Source of the DNA: a virus
Lineage: Duplodnaviria > Caudoviricetes
Direction: 5' to 3' (one strand)
IMG/VR virus record: IMGVR_UViG_3300021399_000117
Location: 1 to 64,000 of that record
DNA: 64,000 bases
Shown here: one piece after another, positions 28,107 to 38,796 of the stretch
How the letters are laid out: each line of letters begins with the position of its first letter
How positions within the stretch are numbered: position 1 is the first letter of the stretch
Position numbers and translations under genes: made by a program
Notes under the pieces: model-generated
The model's input: only the letters and a program-made list of their open reading frames with translations
The model's database searches: none
Told to the model about the DNA's origin: nothing

Positions 28107-29632
28107 TATTGTTCGTACGTATATTGACCAGTAGTAACCAATTCACTATTTTGATCTAGAATGTAATATATACCACTCTGTGCTTTGTTAGGTAGGTTGG
28201 CTCCTACTATTCTGAATATGACACCAGCCGCAGTTCTTCCGTATTCTACGAATGAAGTCTCTTCAATTTTGATAATGAATGTATCCACTTTGGACTTGTA
28301 CTGATCCAGGTTGATGCATATTTGTTCTGTAACGGTAGGATGGATAATCAAGTGAGCCAACTCACGTGTACGGAAGAACACAGGTTTGATTATGCCCGCC
28401 TTATAGTCATCAGGACGCTCTACCTGGATGATATTCTGCTGTATCTTATTGACAGCATTGATAGTATAGTTATTCATATTTACTGCGTCTAGGTATACTT
28501 TATCTACAGGATTGTCACCGACAAGATAACTGTATAGTTGTTGAGTGATGATGATAGGGTTGGATGTCAGATAAATAAATGCCTCTTCATCATCTTCATG
28601 TATATATATGTTTAAGAATGCACGAAGGTACATGCCTTCATGGAACCCGGACCAATCTTCAAATTTAATATCCTCTCGGTTGATAGCTTGCCAAGGTGAT
28701 GTGACTGTCTTTTCTATACTTTTGTACACATTCTCATCGTCCTGAACGACAAATTCCATCTTCATGACATATTCGTCTATCAGATAAGTCTCTTGGATGT
28801 ATTGATTAAAACCATCAGGTGTTTGCTTGTACGAATCGTTATATGTAGGAGAAGTCCTGAACTCCAATAAATCATCATCGTACGAGTTGACATCTCGGTT
28901 ATCAGATAGGTTGAGAGTCAAATAATCAGTCACCTCATCAGAAAGGTTGATGGAGTTCTGTCCGCCGTGGTAGTTGTCCATTTCGCGATACACTCCCGGT
29001 TCGGATTCGATGACGGGGTGCAATGATATATTGATGATGGATCCGGTATTGTTCAGTTCACCAGTACCTTTACCAGGGCCCAGGATAAACGCCAAAGTGC
29101 AAGGCAGATATGATCCATCTTTTATTTCCTCTTCACCACATACCCGCTGACGGAATCGCTTCCATCTGTCACTATAAACAATGTCCCACGGGTCTATGAT
29201 TTTGATGTTGAGATATTCGTAGTAATCTTCGTTGGCAAACTTACGAATGGTATCTGCAGCCACCACGTCATTGCGATCAATTATATAGTTGCCCAGATAG
29301 ATGACATGTCCATGGATCCAGGTGTTGATGGTTAGAGCATACTTGACATTTTTTTCATAGGTCTCAACAGAGAAGCGTGGGAAATAAATATTAACTGATG
29401 ACACATCGTATACAGATGGTAGATAGTCCTGTGTAATAGAGTGGTCCACGATGCGACACCATTCATTGTTATGGCGTTGTATACACTCTTCGGATTCCAC
29501 AATATTTACGTCGCCGTTTTCATTTACCGAATACCAGTGATCGTTATCAGCCATTTCGGCATTATCGAAGTATTCAATAAAGTATTTCATCTGGCCGTAT
29601 GGGCTGGTAATATTTATGTTGGTATGCTTCAT
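28106..29632 (-). CDS. hypothetical structural protein
   Basis: First gene of the baseplate operon; ATG at 29632, just after TTATTATA. Confidence 0.6.
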   Translation of the reverse strand: MKHTNINITSPYGQMKYFIEYFDNAEMADNDHWYSVNENGDVNIVESEECIQRHNNEWCRIVDHSITQDYLPSVYDVSSVNIYFPRFSVETYEKNVKYALTINTWIHGHVIYLGNYIIDRNDVVAADTIRKFANEDYYEYLNIKIIDPWDIVYSDRWKRFRQRVCGEEEIKDGSYLPCTLAFILGPGKGTGELNNTGSIINISLHPVIESEPGVYREMDNYHGGQNSINLSDEVTDYLTLNLSDNRDVNSYDDDLLEFRTSPTYNDSYKQTPDGFNQYIQETYLIDEYVMKMEFVVQDDENVYKSIEKTVTSPWQAINREDIKFEDWSGFHEGMYLRAFLNIYIHEDDEEAFIYLTSNPIIITQQLYSYLVGDNPVDKVYLDAVNMNNYTINAVNKIQQNIIQVERPDDYKAGIIKPVFFRTRELAHLIIHPTVTEQICINLDQYKSKVDTFIIKIEETSFVEYGRTAAGVIFRIVGANLPNKAQSGIYYILDQNSELVTTGQYTYEQ

Positions 29633-29638
29633 TGAATA

Positions 29639-29646
29639 TATAATAA
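29639..29646 (-). promoter_or_regulatory. putative late promoter TTATTATA
   Basis: Immediately upstream of the baseplate operon. Confidence 0.6.
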
Positions 29647-29727
29647 ATAGCAAAATCAAAATAGGGTATAAACTAAGGGTGGTTTTCTTATATATTTATA
29701 TGAAAGGATTCATAAATCAATTCAATC

Positions 29728-32673
29728 ATGATATTAGACTACAAATACATTAAGAAACAACACAAGTTGTCTGTATCGTATGTGAACGAACAAGGCATGA
29801 AGTCAATTATTGATTTCGATGTCGACAAATTCAAGACGTATTACAAGACACCCAATGGAAAGTTCCTTAACTGGGATGGTAGTCGTTGTGACGAGAAGTA
29901 CACATCCGATCCTTCTAAATTCGATATCCGCACATTCTTTCAAGAACTCGATCCTAAGTACAAGGCATTGTTCCAAGGTAAGACTAATCCAAAGCTGTAC
30001 ACGTTCGATATTGAGACGAAACTGCGTGTCGATCGCGAGTTCACCGAGCCTAGCGTAGCTGATCAGCCTATCCTGACTATATCTATTGTAGCACCGGATT
30101 TGAAGGCTGTTGTGCTAGGAACGAAAGACATGGACGAACTGGGCCGGGACTGGGTCTCCAAAGAGTTCACGAAGTATCTTAATGATACTGCGTTCTTCCA
30201 TACATTGGGGTTACCGATGCCAACGATCAAGTACATCAAGTTTGATACCGAGAAGGACATGCTTGAGTACTTCTTGAAATGTATAGTGTCTCAGGTACCC
30301 GTACTCAGTGGGTGGAACTGTATCGGATATGACTGGCAGTACATCACTTCACGTATTCGCAACTACTATCCTGAGTTGAGCGTGACCCTTTCCAGTGTGT
30401 CACATCAGGTTACAAACAGAAACTTCACAGATTTCAAAGGTGAGAAGTTCTCATTACCAATGCCCCTTCACACACCTATCATTGATATGATGGATGTAAT
30501 GGAGTACGACTTGGCGGTCATGCCTATCAAGGAGAGTTACAACTTGGATTACATCGCAAGCGAAACACCAGGTCTAGGCATCCATAAGATCGAGTATGAT
30601 GGTGACTTGCAGTTGCTGTACGAACGAGACTTTCCACGTTATGTTTTCTATAACGCAATCGATAGTGTACTGGTTCAGTTGATCAACTATCGATACAAGA
30701 CACTGGATACGATGTACATGCAAGCGCTGTACTGTGGAACTAAGATTCAAGACCCGTTCTCTAAGATCGCAGTCAGCGAGGCACTCGCCTGGAATGACTT
30801 CTACGAGCACGGATACAAAGTGGTATACGAAAATGATTATGGAGAGGAACGCGGATATCTTCAAGGTGCTTATGTGGCACAACCAATACCGGGTAAATGG
30901 GACTTCATCACTTGCAACGATTTCGCATCACTGTATCCAAGTACAATCATCACTTGTAACATATCTTTTGAGAACTTCGTAGGAGCGTTCTACGATGAAG
31001 AGAAGTTGGCACCTTATCGTAATAGACCTGAGTACCTCGTGGCAGGTTCGTCTGTGTATATAAATAAAGGTACGATAAAAGATCCTGAATGGAAGTTCAT
31101 TGCCTCTTATCCTGATTATAAGGCACTGGAACCCTATCGTAAGGATCCAAGTTACTTTGTCAGTGTCAACGGCCACGTCTACAAGAACGATAAAGATTAC
31201 TCATTCAAGCGTATTCAAGCGAAACTGAAAGCAACTCGTAACGTCAGCAAGTACTTGTCCAAGCAGTTGGATGCGATTGTGATGTTGGATGTTGAACACA
31301 TCCTCAAGAAACGCAAACCAAGCGGTACACCATATCCTGATAACATCAGGGAGGCACTGATCGAAATGGGGTACAATATTCGTTCGAGCAATGAACTGGA
31401 TATTATGTCACTAGACGAACTGAATGAGTTCAAGTCCAAACTGAAGATGTCTATTGACTTCTATGCCTGCAAAGAACAGGCCATGAAGTTATTAGGTAAT
31501 AGTATGTACGGTGGTAGTAGCCACGTCGCATTCTATTGGTTCAATATCGATCTGGCACGAGACATTACTGGCGAAGCGCGTAACCTGACACACCTGATGG
31601 AGAAACACCTTCCTGAGTTCTGGGATGAGAACTGGAGTAAGATGGATGAGTGGCACAAGAAATGGGGATTCACTGTTGATAAGAAAAAGGTACAGGACAT
31701 CATCAATTCGGGTGAACATATGATCACTGTGGTATATGGAGATACGGATTCGCTCTACATATCTTATGCGAAACTGTTAAGCACTATCAATGAGTTCAAC
31801 GGGATGTCCGAACGTGAGAAACTAGACGTTATTGTTCATATCAATACAGACTTCCTCAACGACCACAACAAATCCTACATGGAGAAGTACTATGGTGATC
31901 GACACGTCAAGTCTATCCACGATTTCGAGCTGGAGACAGTAGCACTATCTGGTCTTTGGTTGAATGTCAAAAAGAGATATTGTCAGATTCTGTTATGGAA
32001 GGATGGCAAATATTTCGATGCTGACTCACTTCCTCTTAAAGTAAAAGGATTGGAAATGGTCAAGTCCAGTTATCCAAAGTTTGATCGCGAGGCACTAAAA
32101 CGAGTAGTACGGGGCATCCTAGAGACACGTGATCAAAAGGATCTTTGGGCCTATACCAACATGCTTGTTCAGCAAGAGAAGATGAAACATCATCAAGCTG
32201 ATATGGATGATATCTGCGCAGCACTAGGTGTCAATGGTTATACCAAGTACATCATTACTGAGGAAGATTGGCAACGTGATCCAAAACATTGTCAACGCAC
32301 AGCGATAGATGCATATGGCACCGTATTGTACACCGCTCCAAAATGTCCAGCCAACGTACGAGCACTGGGAGATTACAACAAGATACGTGAAGCGCATGGT
32401 CTGCCTGGTGATCCTATATACGGAGGCAAAGTCAAGTTGTATCTGTACAATATACCGGGCAGTGGCAAGAAGGCATCACCCCTTCCATTTGCATTCCAGA
32501 GTAAAAATTACCCGAAATGGGCACCACAGTACGCGCCTATCAACAAAAATGCAATGTTTCAAAAGTATTTCCTAGATCCATTGAACAGAATTTGCAAGGA
32601 CTCAATGGGATTCAAACCATTCCAGGTAGATGGAAGCCAACAAATGGATCTGTTTGCGGGACTATTTGGATAA
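29728..32673 (+). CDS. family B DNA polymerase (T4 gp43-like)
   Basis: DIET, GWNCIGYD and YNAIDS exonuclease motifs; DFASLYPS, KLLGNSMYG, YGDTDS, KKRY. Confidence 0.97.
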   Translation: MILDYKYIKKQHKLSVSYVNEQGMKSIIDFDVDKFKTYYKTPNGKFLNWDGSRCDEKYTSDPSKFDIRTFFQELDPKYKALFQGKTNPKLYTFDIETKLRVDREFTEPSVADQPILTISIVAPDLKAVVLGTKDMDELGRDWVSKEFTKYLNDTAFFHTLGLPMPTIKYIKFDTEKDMLEYFLKCIVSQVPVLSGWNCIGYDWQYITSRIRNYYPELSVTLSSVSHQVTNRNFTDFKGEKFSLPMPLHTPIIDMMDVMEYDLAVMPIKESYNLDYIASETPGLGIHKIEYDGDLQLLYERDFPRYVFYNAIDSVLVQLINYRYKTLDTMYMQALYCGTKIQDPFSKIAVSEALAWNDFYEHGYKVVYENDYGEERGYLQGAYVAQPIPGKWDFITCNDFASLYPSTIITCNISFENFVGAFYDEEKLAPYRNRPEYLVAGSSVYINKGTIKDPEWKFIASYPDYKALEPYRKDPSYFVSVNGHVYKNDKDYSFKRIQAKLKATRNVSKYLSKQLDAIVMLDVEHILKKRKPSGTPYPDNIREALIEMGYNIRSSNELDIMSLDELNEFKSKLKMSIDFYACKEQAMKLLGNSMYGGSSHVAFYWFNIDLARDITGEARNLTHLMEKHLPEFWDENWSKMDEWHKKWGFTVDKKKVQDIINSGEHMITVVYGDTDSLYISYAKLLSTINEFNGMSEREKLDVIVHINTDFLNDHNKSYMEKYYGDRHVKSIHDFELETVALSGLWLNVKKRYCQILLWKDGKYFDADSLPLKVKGLEMVKSSYPKFDREALKRVVRGILETRDQKDLWAYTNMLVQQEKMKHHQADMDDICAALGVNGYTKYIITEEDWQRDPKHCQRTAIDAYGTVLYTAPKCPANVRALGDYNKIREAHGLPGDPIYGGKVKLYLYNIPGSGKKASPLPFAFQSKNYPKWAPQYAPINKNAMFQKYFLDPLNRICKDSMGFKPFQVDGSQQMDLFAGLFG

Positions 32674-32715
32674 AAAATTTATTTTGATCCACAAAAAACA
32701 AGGAGGATATCTCTA

Positions 32716-32777
32716 ACAAGGTCTTGAAAGCCCTTGGAATTTCATCACAAAGTCATGAAAAACTTTGGGCTTTCATT
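32716..32777 (+). repeat. two tandem 31-bp units each containing TGAAA-N10-TTTCA
   Basis: ACAAGGTCTTGAAAGCCCTTGGAATTTCATC / ACAAAGTCATGAAAAACTTTGGGCTTTCATT; third copy at 59035. Confidence 0.75.
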
Positions 32778-32810
32778 AAAGATTCCTCCTTGTTTTTATA
32801 TATTTATACA
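32774..32810 (+). promoter_or_regulatory. putative early/middle promoter
   Basis: CATTAAA-N18-TATATTTATACA. Confidence 0.65.
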
Positions 32811-32834
32811 TTAACAATCAAATTTCATAACAAT

Positions 32835-33404
32835 ATGGTAATGGTATCAAACATTTTCTTATCAATCTGGGGTTTGTTAATGATAGGCTGCTTCTTATCA
32901 TTGATAATTCTTGGTGGATCATCAAAAATCACTCTATTTCAGTATTTGTATCTCAGATTCTTCGCCGAGAAAGAAGACTGGCACAACTACGTCGAAATGA
33001 ACAAGTACATCGATTCGGGTCACTCCATTCCGATTATGGAATTGCATGATTTTACTTATATGCAATGTGATCCAAGTCTGAAAGAAAAATATTCCGAGTT
33101 CATATCCAACAATCCTTATTACTTCCTGATATTCAATACAGCTAGTGGACCGGAGCTGTGTGGATATAGTACGAGTAGTAATAAATGTGACAATATCATA
33201 TTCTCCTCATTCTACCAGAAGTTATGTCTGAAGATGGCTCGCAAAATGGGATACACTCACGACAAGTTATGCTCTATGTTGAAAGACGGTTTGGTGCGTG
33301 AAAAATACAGACGCACGGAAAACGCACGCAGGGTAAATGAACTTGAAGGTTCACTGAAAGAGCTTCATGAGCGTCAGGAACGTTTGAATGAAAAAACAGA
33401 ATAA
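32835..33404 (+). CDS. hypothetical membrane-anchored protein
   Basis: N-terminal TM segment; ATG at 32835 after the promoter. Confidence 0.6.
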   Translation: MVMVSNIFLSIWGLLMIGCFLSLIILGGSSKITLFQYLYLRFFAEKEDWHNYVEMNKYIDSGHSIPIMELHDFTYMQCDPSLKEKYSEFISNNPYYFLIFNTASGPELCGYSTSSNKCDNIIFSSFYQKLCLKMARKMGYTHDKLCSMLKDGLVREKYRRTENARRVNELEGSLKELHERQERLNEKTE

Positions 33405-33413
33405 CACATCAAT

Positions 33414-33704
33414 ATGAAAACAGAAAAAGTATTCATTGTAAATTCCGGTAAAGGACCACGTGTTGTCACACCTGGAGTGATTGAGAAGGAGATTCTCGCG
33501 GCATATCCAAAAGACGCTCCCAAAGTAAAAGCAAAATATGTCGAATCCTATGCGCAAGACCTCGCGTCAGAATTGATCGGTCAGGCAATCGATAACGATC
33601 TGTTCATGCAACTCATTAAGGGAGCCGTTGAGGCATTGAGTGAGTTCGCTGTGTTAACCCCGTTCAAATACGGTGTGATGTTGAATCAACAAAAAGCATT
33701 TTGA
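33414..33704 (+). CDS. hypothetical protein
   Basis: 96-aa ORF. Confidence 0.65.
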   Translation: MKTEKVFIVNSGKGPRVVTPGVIEKEILAAYPKDAPKVKAKYVESYAQDLASELIGQAIDNDLFMQLIKGAVEALSEFAVLTPFKYGVMLNQQKAF

Positions 33705-33707
33705 TCT

Positions 33708-34226
33708 ATGCAGCTAACAGGTAGGCAAATTATTGAACGCGGAATTGTTACCGGCGCAGTTATCGAAGGAATCCAACAACAGGGTGTCGATGTAAGACTT
33801 CGAGAAGTAGTTTCATTCACACCACAAGGTATAGGTGGAGCGCCTGGAATTGTTCCTGCAACAGGCAAGACTACCCTTCGCGAACGCTTCAGCATCCCAA
33901 CTAACCTGGAACGGGGACCTCATGGCGCCTGGTACTTGGAGCCGGGTTACTATGAAGTGATCGTAGAAGAGGGTTGTAAGATGCCGAACAACGCAGCTAT
34001 GGTGTTCATCTCACGAAGCTCGATGGTACGCAACGGTGCAATTATCCATTGCGGGCAATTCGATGCGGGATTTGAGACGGAACATATGGGGTTCTTCATG
34101 CAAGTGCTCTTCCCGATCATTATTGAGAAGGGAGCACGTATTGCACAGACTCGAATCTTTGAGACAGCTCCAGTAGACAATCTCTATCAGGGTCAGTGGC
34201 AAAACGATAAACAACGCACACAATGA
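33708..34226 (+). CDS. trimeric dUTPase/dCTP deaminase family protein
   Basis: QQQGVDVRL, LEPGYY, SRSSMVRNG, FDAGF, GARIAQ, YQGQWQ. Confidence 0.9.
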   Translation: MQLTGRQIIERGIVTGAVIEGIQQQGVDVRLREVVSFTPQGIGGAPGIVPATGKTTLRERFSIPTNLERGPHGAWYLEPGYYEVIVEEGCKMPNNAAMVFISRSSMVRNGAIIHCGQFDAGFETEHMGFFMQVLFPIIIEKGARIAQTRIFETAPVDNLYQGQWQNDKQRTQ

Positions 34227-34390
34227 ACTGGAAACAATTTCGCGAACTAACCAAAGACATCCCTGATGAGGAAGAGGTGTTCTTCAATGTGGACGCCAGT
34301 CAAGGGTATTTCGGTGCAGAAGTCGATGAACAAGAGACTCGAGCAAGCATGACAAACGATAACACAATCATTTTAAAAGAATCTAATTGA
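34223..34390 (+). CDS. small hypothetical protein (not in ORF track)
   Basis: MNWKQFRELTKDIPDEEEVFF...; ATGA-coupled to the upstream gene. Confidence 0.55.
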   Translation: MNWKQFRELTKDIPDEEEVFFNVDASQGYFGAEVDEQETRASMTNDNTIILKESN

Positions 34391-34392
34391 TT

Positions 34393-34785
34393 ATGGCAAA
34401 GAAAACTAAAAAGGCAGCAACAGATCTGTCCAACACCTTCAAGATCGACGAGGTAAAAGGTCTCGTTAAGTACACTGTAAAATGTCACGGTCGCTACTTC
34501 ACCGGCCGAGCACAAGTGAACCATGATGCTGGTGATGTATTCGACGTTGAGAAGGGTAAGCGCCTAGCAAAACTCCGCGCACTTCTGAAGATGAAACGCG
34601 CACAGCTGACTGAGTTGGTTGAGATTCAGACACTGGTCCGCCAAATCGCTGAGTCCGAACAGAAGGTCACCGAAGAGGTATCAGTATTCACAGACAGCGT
34701 ATGTCGTTTGGAAGCCAAGTTGAACGCCGAACTCGGTGTCGCACCTACGGCAGCGACAGCAGACGTTCCTCATACTACGAAATAA
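34393..34785 (+). CDS. hypothetical protein
   Basis: TGRAQVNHDAGDVFDVEKGKRLAKLRA motif common in phage proteins, plus a coiled coil. Confidence 0.7.
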   Translation: MAKKTKKAATDLSNTFKIDEVKGLVKYTVKCHGRYFTGRAQVNHDAGDVFDVEKGKRLAKLRALLKMKRAQLTELVEIQTLVRQIAESEQKVTEEVSVFTDSVCRLEAKLNAELGVAPTAATADVPHTTK

Positions 34786-34802
34786 AAAAAAAACAATCTC
34801 GC

Positions 34803-35276
34803 ATGAAAACCCGTGAGCAAGCACATAAGGACATCAGGCAGGCGCATTACCTGCTTGTTTGTCCACATTGCGACACAGAATTAGTAGTTTCCGAAGATGA
34901 GTTGAAGCGCACGCTATACAAGCCTCATATCGGAGAACAGATGGTTTCCTCTGATCCTTCCAAAGACGAATATCGGGGTATCAAGTGTTGCAATTGTGGT
35001 TATGTCTGGGATGAATATGTAGATGAGGTACACAAAAACATATGCAATCCTGATGGTCAACAGACGATAATGCTTGAGTTGCCTGAGGGTGAGACGACAA
35101 AGGCCAAAGCATTCATGCAAAAACATATCCATAAATGTTGCCCTGACAAACCATTTACAGCATTGGGTATGCAATTTACATATAACTACACAGAAGGTGG
35201 GTTAGGGCCTATGGTGAGCATCAAATGTAATGCATGTGGTGAAACTGAAGACATCACATGCACAGAAGATTGGTAA
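34803..35276 (+). CDS. Zn-finger-containing hypothetical protein
   Basis: CPHC, CCNC and CNAC pairs. Confidence 0.65.
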   Translation: MKTREQAHKDIRQAHYLLVCPHCDTELVVSEDELKRTLYKPHIGEQMVSSDPSKDEYRGIKCCNCGYVWDEYVDEVHKNICNPDGQQTIMLELPEGETTKAKAFMQKHIHKCCPDKPFTALGMQFTYNYTEGGLGPMVSIKCNACGETEDITCTEDW

Positions 35277-35277
35277 T

Positions 35278-35838
35278 ATGGCAAAGTTGATTTTTAACTA
35301 TGGATCAATGAACTCAGGCAAGTCTTTGATCCTGTTAGCTTTCGCAGCTAAATTACGAAATAAGGGTATCGACTATTTGACATTGAAACCCTCATCCGAC
35401 ACGAGAGATGGTGCATTTATATCTTCGCGCCCCCTACAAGAGAAACATCCATGTGAGCTATGGCAACCAAACGCTTACTTTCCAGATGCATACCTGAAAC
35501 AATTCAAATACATACTGGTGGATGAAGCTCAGTTCCTGAATGAGGCTCAGGTTGATTATCTGGCGGATATTGTTGACAGACTTGGCATCAATGTTATATG
35601 TTACGGTCTTCGAACAGACTTTCGGACACATCTGTTTCCTGGATCGAAACGACTCTTTGAATTGGCCGACGATCTTGAAGAGATAGAAGACTTTAACGCC
35701 GAAGGCGACAAAGTCATCATCAATGCTCGAGTACGTGGCGACCAGATTGTTCTCGAAGGTCCACAGATTGAAGTGGGCCGGGAAGACAAGTACCAGACGA
35801 TGAGTCGAAAAGATTATTATTCACATCTTTATCACTAA
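35278..35838 (+). CDS. tdk: thymidine kinase
   Basis: GSMNSGKS, DTRDG, VDEAQF, YGLRTDF, FPGS...LFELAD. Confidence 0.93.
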   Translation: MAKLIFNYGSMNSGKSLILLAFAAKLRNKGIDYLTLKPSSDTRDGAFISSRPLQEKHPCELWQPNAYFPDAYLKQFKYILVDEAQFLNEAQVDYLADIVDRLGINVICYGLRTDFRTHLFPGSKRLFELADDLEEIEDFNAEGDKVIINARVRGDQIVLEGPQIEVGREDKYQTMSRKDYYSHLYH

Positions 35839-35983
35839 ACATTATGGAAGATTCTGATTTTGAATTCTATGGTCGTAGAGATCACTACGAAGGATTCGGC
35901 GCATTCATGTGGTTGTGCATAAGTGTGTCATTTGGTTTATTGGTAACCGTAGGCGCAGTTCTAATTCATGTATTTTGTTGAGT

Positions 35984-36196
35984 ATGAAAGTAAAAGTTCC
36001 TCACGCACTGTATAAGGATTATGAAACATACTCGTTGTTCATTGACTACACCCCTCATAAGGAAAAAGGATATCTTTGGCAGATAACCTACGTAGGAGAA
36101 CACGGCATCCTCTTTAAGGAAGCAGACAAAGAATTACGAGTACTGGAAGACAAGGTGTTCGAATTTATCAAAACGAATAATCTTGATTACGAATAA
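35984..36196 (+). CDS. hypothetical protein
   Basis: ATG at 35984; followed by a hairpin and T-tract at 36197-36221. Confidence 0.5.
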   Translation: MKVKVPHALYKDYETYSLFIDYTPHKEKGYLWQITYVGEHGILFKEADKELRVLEDKVFEFIKTNNLDYE

Positions 36197-36219
36197 AGAG
36201 CAGGATAGATTCCTGCTTT

Positions 36220-36227
36220 TTATTATA
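36220..36227 (+). promoter_or_regulatory. putative late promoter TTATTATA
   Basis: About 6 nt before the 36233 ATG. Confidence 0.55.
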
Positions 36228-36232
36228 TATGT

Positions 36233-36466
36233 ATGATCACTACTTTCAAAGAATATATAGCACAACAAATGGTAGGTAAGTCCTTCCATTTTATTTGCGA
36301 TTGTGTCTTTCCCATGGATTTCATAGGTACCATCAAAGGCTACGATGCATCCGGTAGTGAAATCATATTCAAAGTAGAGACTGGCAACAAAATGATTAAC
36401 ATTGGTGAGAACCATCCCAAATTAAAAGTAATACCAGTATGCGAGGCCTGTACGAAAGTATATTAG
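36233..36466 (+). CDS. hypothetical protein, possible internal head protein
   Basis: N-terminus MITTFKEYIA resembles the T4 capsid-targeting sequence. Confidence 0.6.
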   Translation: MITTFKEYIAQQMVGKSFHFICDCVFPMDFIGTIKGYDASGSEIIFKVETGNKMINIGENHPKLKVIPVCEACTKVY

Positions 36467-37749
36467 ATGATGAAGATACTATCCTATCTCGTTCGGATAG
36501 AGATGCTAATATGTTGATGTGGTCTGATATTTTGTTCGGTAGTGGGATGCTCAATAAGGGACAGTTTCGTATCAAACCCGGAAGTGACAAGGATAAGTTC
36601 AAATTGGAATACTTTGGTCAAGAATATACAGTTATTCCGATCAAGTTTCTATCAGAAAGATTATACGAACATTTTAGAAAAGGATGTGAAGGTATTTATA
36701 TATATGCTCGAAACATGATAGAGATGATGATAGGGTTTGATTTCGACTTTGACACCCTACCCCATTTTTACGATCTGGAAGGGGATGGATATGATGACCC
36801 ATTCAGAATAGGCACCACTCACATCAATCTTACTAATAACACATATACCTTGCGTAATCTGAACCCAGAAAACCTAGGAATCAATAAGAAAACAACTAAA
36901 AGCACTATATTAAAGATATTTCGCAAAATAGAGCGTGCAGATGTGACTTTCAAAGATTTTCGTTGGGATGCGCCTTATGCTGAGGTGATACTCGAAAATA
37001 TCCGCATAAAAAACACTAAACATATCGAATTGCCTGTTCGCAAAATTACAACATCCAATGTCGATGTGGACAACGCCGCAGATGATGAAACGAAAGAAAT
37101 ATGCATACTTTCGCATGTTCGCGGAGATAGAAGCACAACCGATCAAATATCGTTTAATAATGGTGTATTAAAATTGATTGATACAACTACATCATACACC
37201 GTGCGCGGCAGTTTATCAGGCATTGGAATCAAGTCTATAGTCGGGGACGGAGCAATTATGCGTAATATGCTTACCACTGACGTTCATCTTGTATCCTCAC
37301 TGAAAAAATTATGTGTAATACCATCAACTCAGAAATACATAACATTCGATACCTATAGAAATAAACCAAAAATACTGAACTATAGTCTTCATCGAGAGGT
37401 TGGTAGTGTGCTGCCAAAGATGAAATTCCGCGCCTGGTGTGACACCTCTCATGACAAAGAAAATTGGAAAGACTGGGATGATGTGTCTTGTCTCAATTTT
37501 GTATTCTATGTAGAACGCGGCGCTCTGGATCAAGTACAATCCAATTGTGTACTGATTCGTTTCGCAGATGCCTCTTCACAGATAGTCTCGGATATTCAAA
37601 AATTGTTGAAAAAACATCGTTATATTTCCGACGAAGAACTGGAGACAGTGATACCCCTATCCAATTTCGACAATCTGAAGTTCATCGTTTGGAGCGCTGG
37701 ATCGGGTGAAGGTATAGTAAAGACACCAAAAGGATGGTGCATGAAATAA
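36439..37749 (+). CDS. hypothetical protein
   Basis: 436 aa; N-terminus MRGLYESILDDE. Confidence 0.75.
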   Translation: MRGLYESILDDEDTILSRSDRDANMLMWSDILFGSGMLNKGQFRIKPGSDKDKFKLEYFGQEYTVIPIKFLSERLYEHFRKGCEGIYIYARNMIEMMIGFDFDFDTLPHFYDLEGDGYDDPFRIGTTHINLTNNTYTLRNLNPENLGINKKTTKSTILKIFRKIERADVTFKDFRWDAPYAEVILENIRIKNTKHIELPVRKITTSNVDVDNAADDETKEICILSHVRGDRSTTDQISFNNGVLKLIDTTTSYTVRGSLSGIGIKSIVGDGAIMRNMLTTDVHLVSSLKKLCVIPSTQKYITFDTYRNKPKILNYSLHREVGSVLPKMKFRAWCDTSHDKENWKDWDDVSCLNFVFYVERGALDQVQSNCVLIRFADASSQIVSDIQKLLKKHRYISDEELETVIPLSNFDNLKFIVWSAGSGEGIVKTPKGWCMK

Positions 37750-37761
37750 ATATGTATATAT

Positions 37762-37855
37762 AAAAATCTTTGATATAAACGAAGATCTCCTTTGGGGTAA
37801 TAAATTATATACCTTGAAGGAGATCTTTTGTTATACTCGAAATAATCGCACAATA
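37762..37855. repeat. dispersed AGATCT-core palindromic element, copy 3
   Basis: Cores at 37783 and 37821; highly similar to copy 1 over about 95 bp. Confidence 0.9.
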
Positions 37856-37863
37856 TGGATCAT

Positions 37864-38106
37864 TTAACGATTAGTGTATGCGTAATCTTTAAAGTGCTGC
37901 ATACGTTGAGTGAACTTCATGAGTACGATGAATGAGTTTTCCACAAACTTAAGCAGGTACTGGAACGTCTTGTTTTTTGCCTGCACAATAGTCTGTGACA
38001 TCACTTTGCTAAAGAAGCCGTGACGTTCATAATCGTAGGGTTGGTTCTTTTTGGACTCCCAACTTTCATAATCGTAGAATCTATGTCCGTTTGGATAGGT
38101 TTCCAT
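37864..38106 (-). CDS. hypothetical (structural operon) protein
   Basis: 80 aa at the end of a minus-strand structural run. Confidence 0.6.
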   Translation of the reverse strand: METYPNGHRFYDYESWESKKNQPYDYERHGFFSKVMSQTIVQAKNKTFQYLLKFVENSFIVLMKFTQRMQHFKDYAYTNR

Positions 38107-38109
38107 ATA

Positions 38110-38796
38110 TTAGTCAAGTGTTACCACATCGGAGTTGATGTAGTCTGGATCATTTTCAAATTTTACAAGTTCTTCTTCTAATGCAAATCCTAACGGAGAT
38201 GTGTACGGATTACCTTTGGCTGTTTCTGCGAGGCAGGATAGACATGCTATCAACTTATCGAACAACTCAGCCACCTTGTCTCCATGACAAGCTGGATGAG
38301 CACTTCCACCTTTGGTTCCCAAAGATATGCCGTCGTCTGATATTTCGATAGTCCCATGAGGTTGTCCATTGGTCAGTGTAATATTACCATCGTTGTCTAA
38401 TTGGATGGCTACTTCTTGGTTTCTGATAATCCAACCGGTGCCGTCAGAGAAGTATATAGTGGCTACACCTGTACCTGACTCTCTGTTAGACAGTACCTCC
38501 ACATTTTGTTTTTGCTGTATGTCTCCAGCTAACTTACCGTTGTTCAGTGCGTAGTTGTCTTTGCGGAACCAGAACAGCTGTTGCTTGTTATCTGCAAAGA
38601 ACAGCACCCATACCTCGTCACCCTCATTCGGAGTAGAGTAGGTATTAGACCCGCCTACACAAAACGGATAGATTGGAGGTAGCGCTTCCACATCTTCAGC
38701 AGAGAACAATCCAGGTACACTGGCTTTGATCTTTCCTTCAGATGAAAGTACTTCTAGTACGATACCGGGTCTCAATTCTCCGTTAATCAGTTTCAT
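38110..38796 (-). CDS. baseplate spike/hub protein (gp5/gpV OB-fold)
   Basis: GIVLEVLSSEGKIKASVPGL, YSTPNEGDEVWVLF. Confidence 0.75.
   Translation of the reverse strand: MKLINGELRPGIVLEVLSSEGKIKASVPGLFSAEDVEALPPIYPFCVGGSNTYSTPNEGDEVWVLFFADNKQQLFWFRKDNYALNNGKLAGDIQQKQNVEVLSNRESGTGVATIYFSDGTGWIIRNQEVAIQLDNDGNITLTNGQPHGTIEISDDGISLGTKGGSAHPACHGDKVAELFDKLIACLSCLAETAKGNPYTSPLGFALEEELVKFENDPDYINSDVVTLD

Noticed and set aside
32716-32777. Mini CRISPR array
   Set aside because: The units are directly adjacent with no spacers, there are only two, and no cas genes are present.
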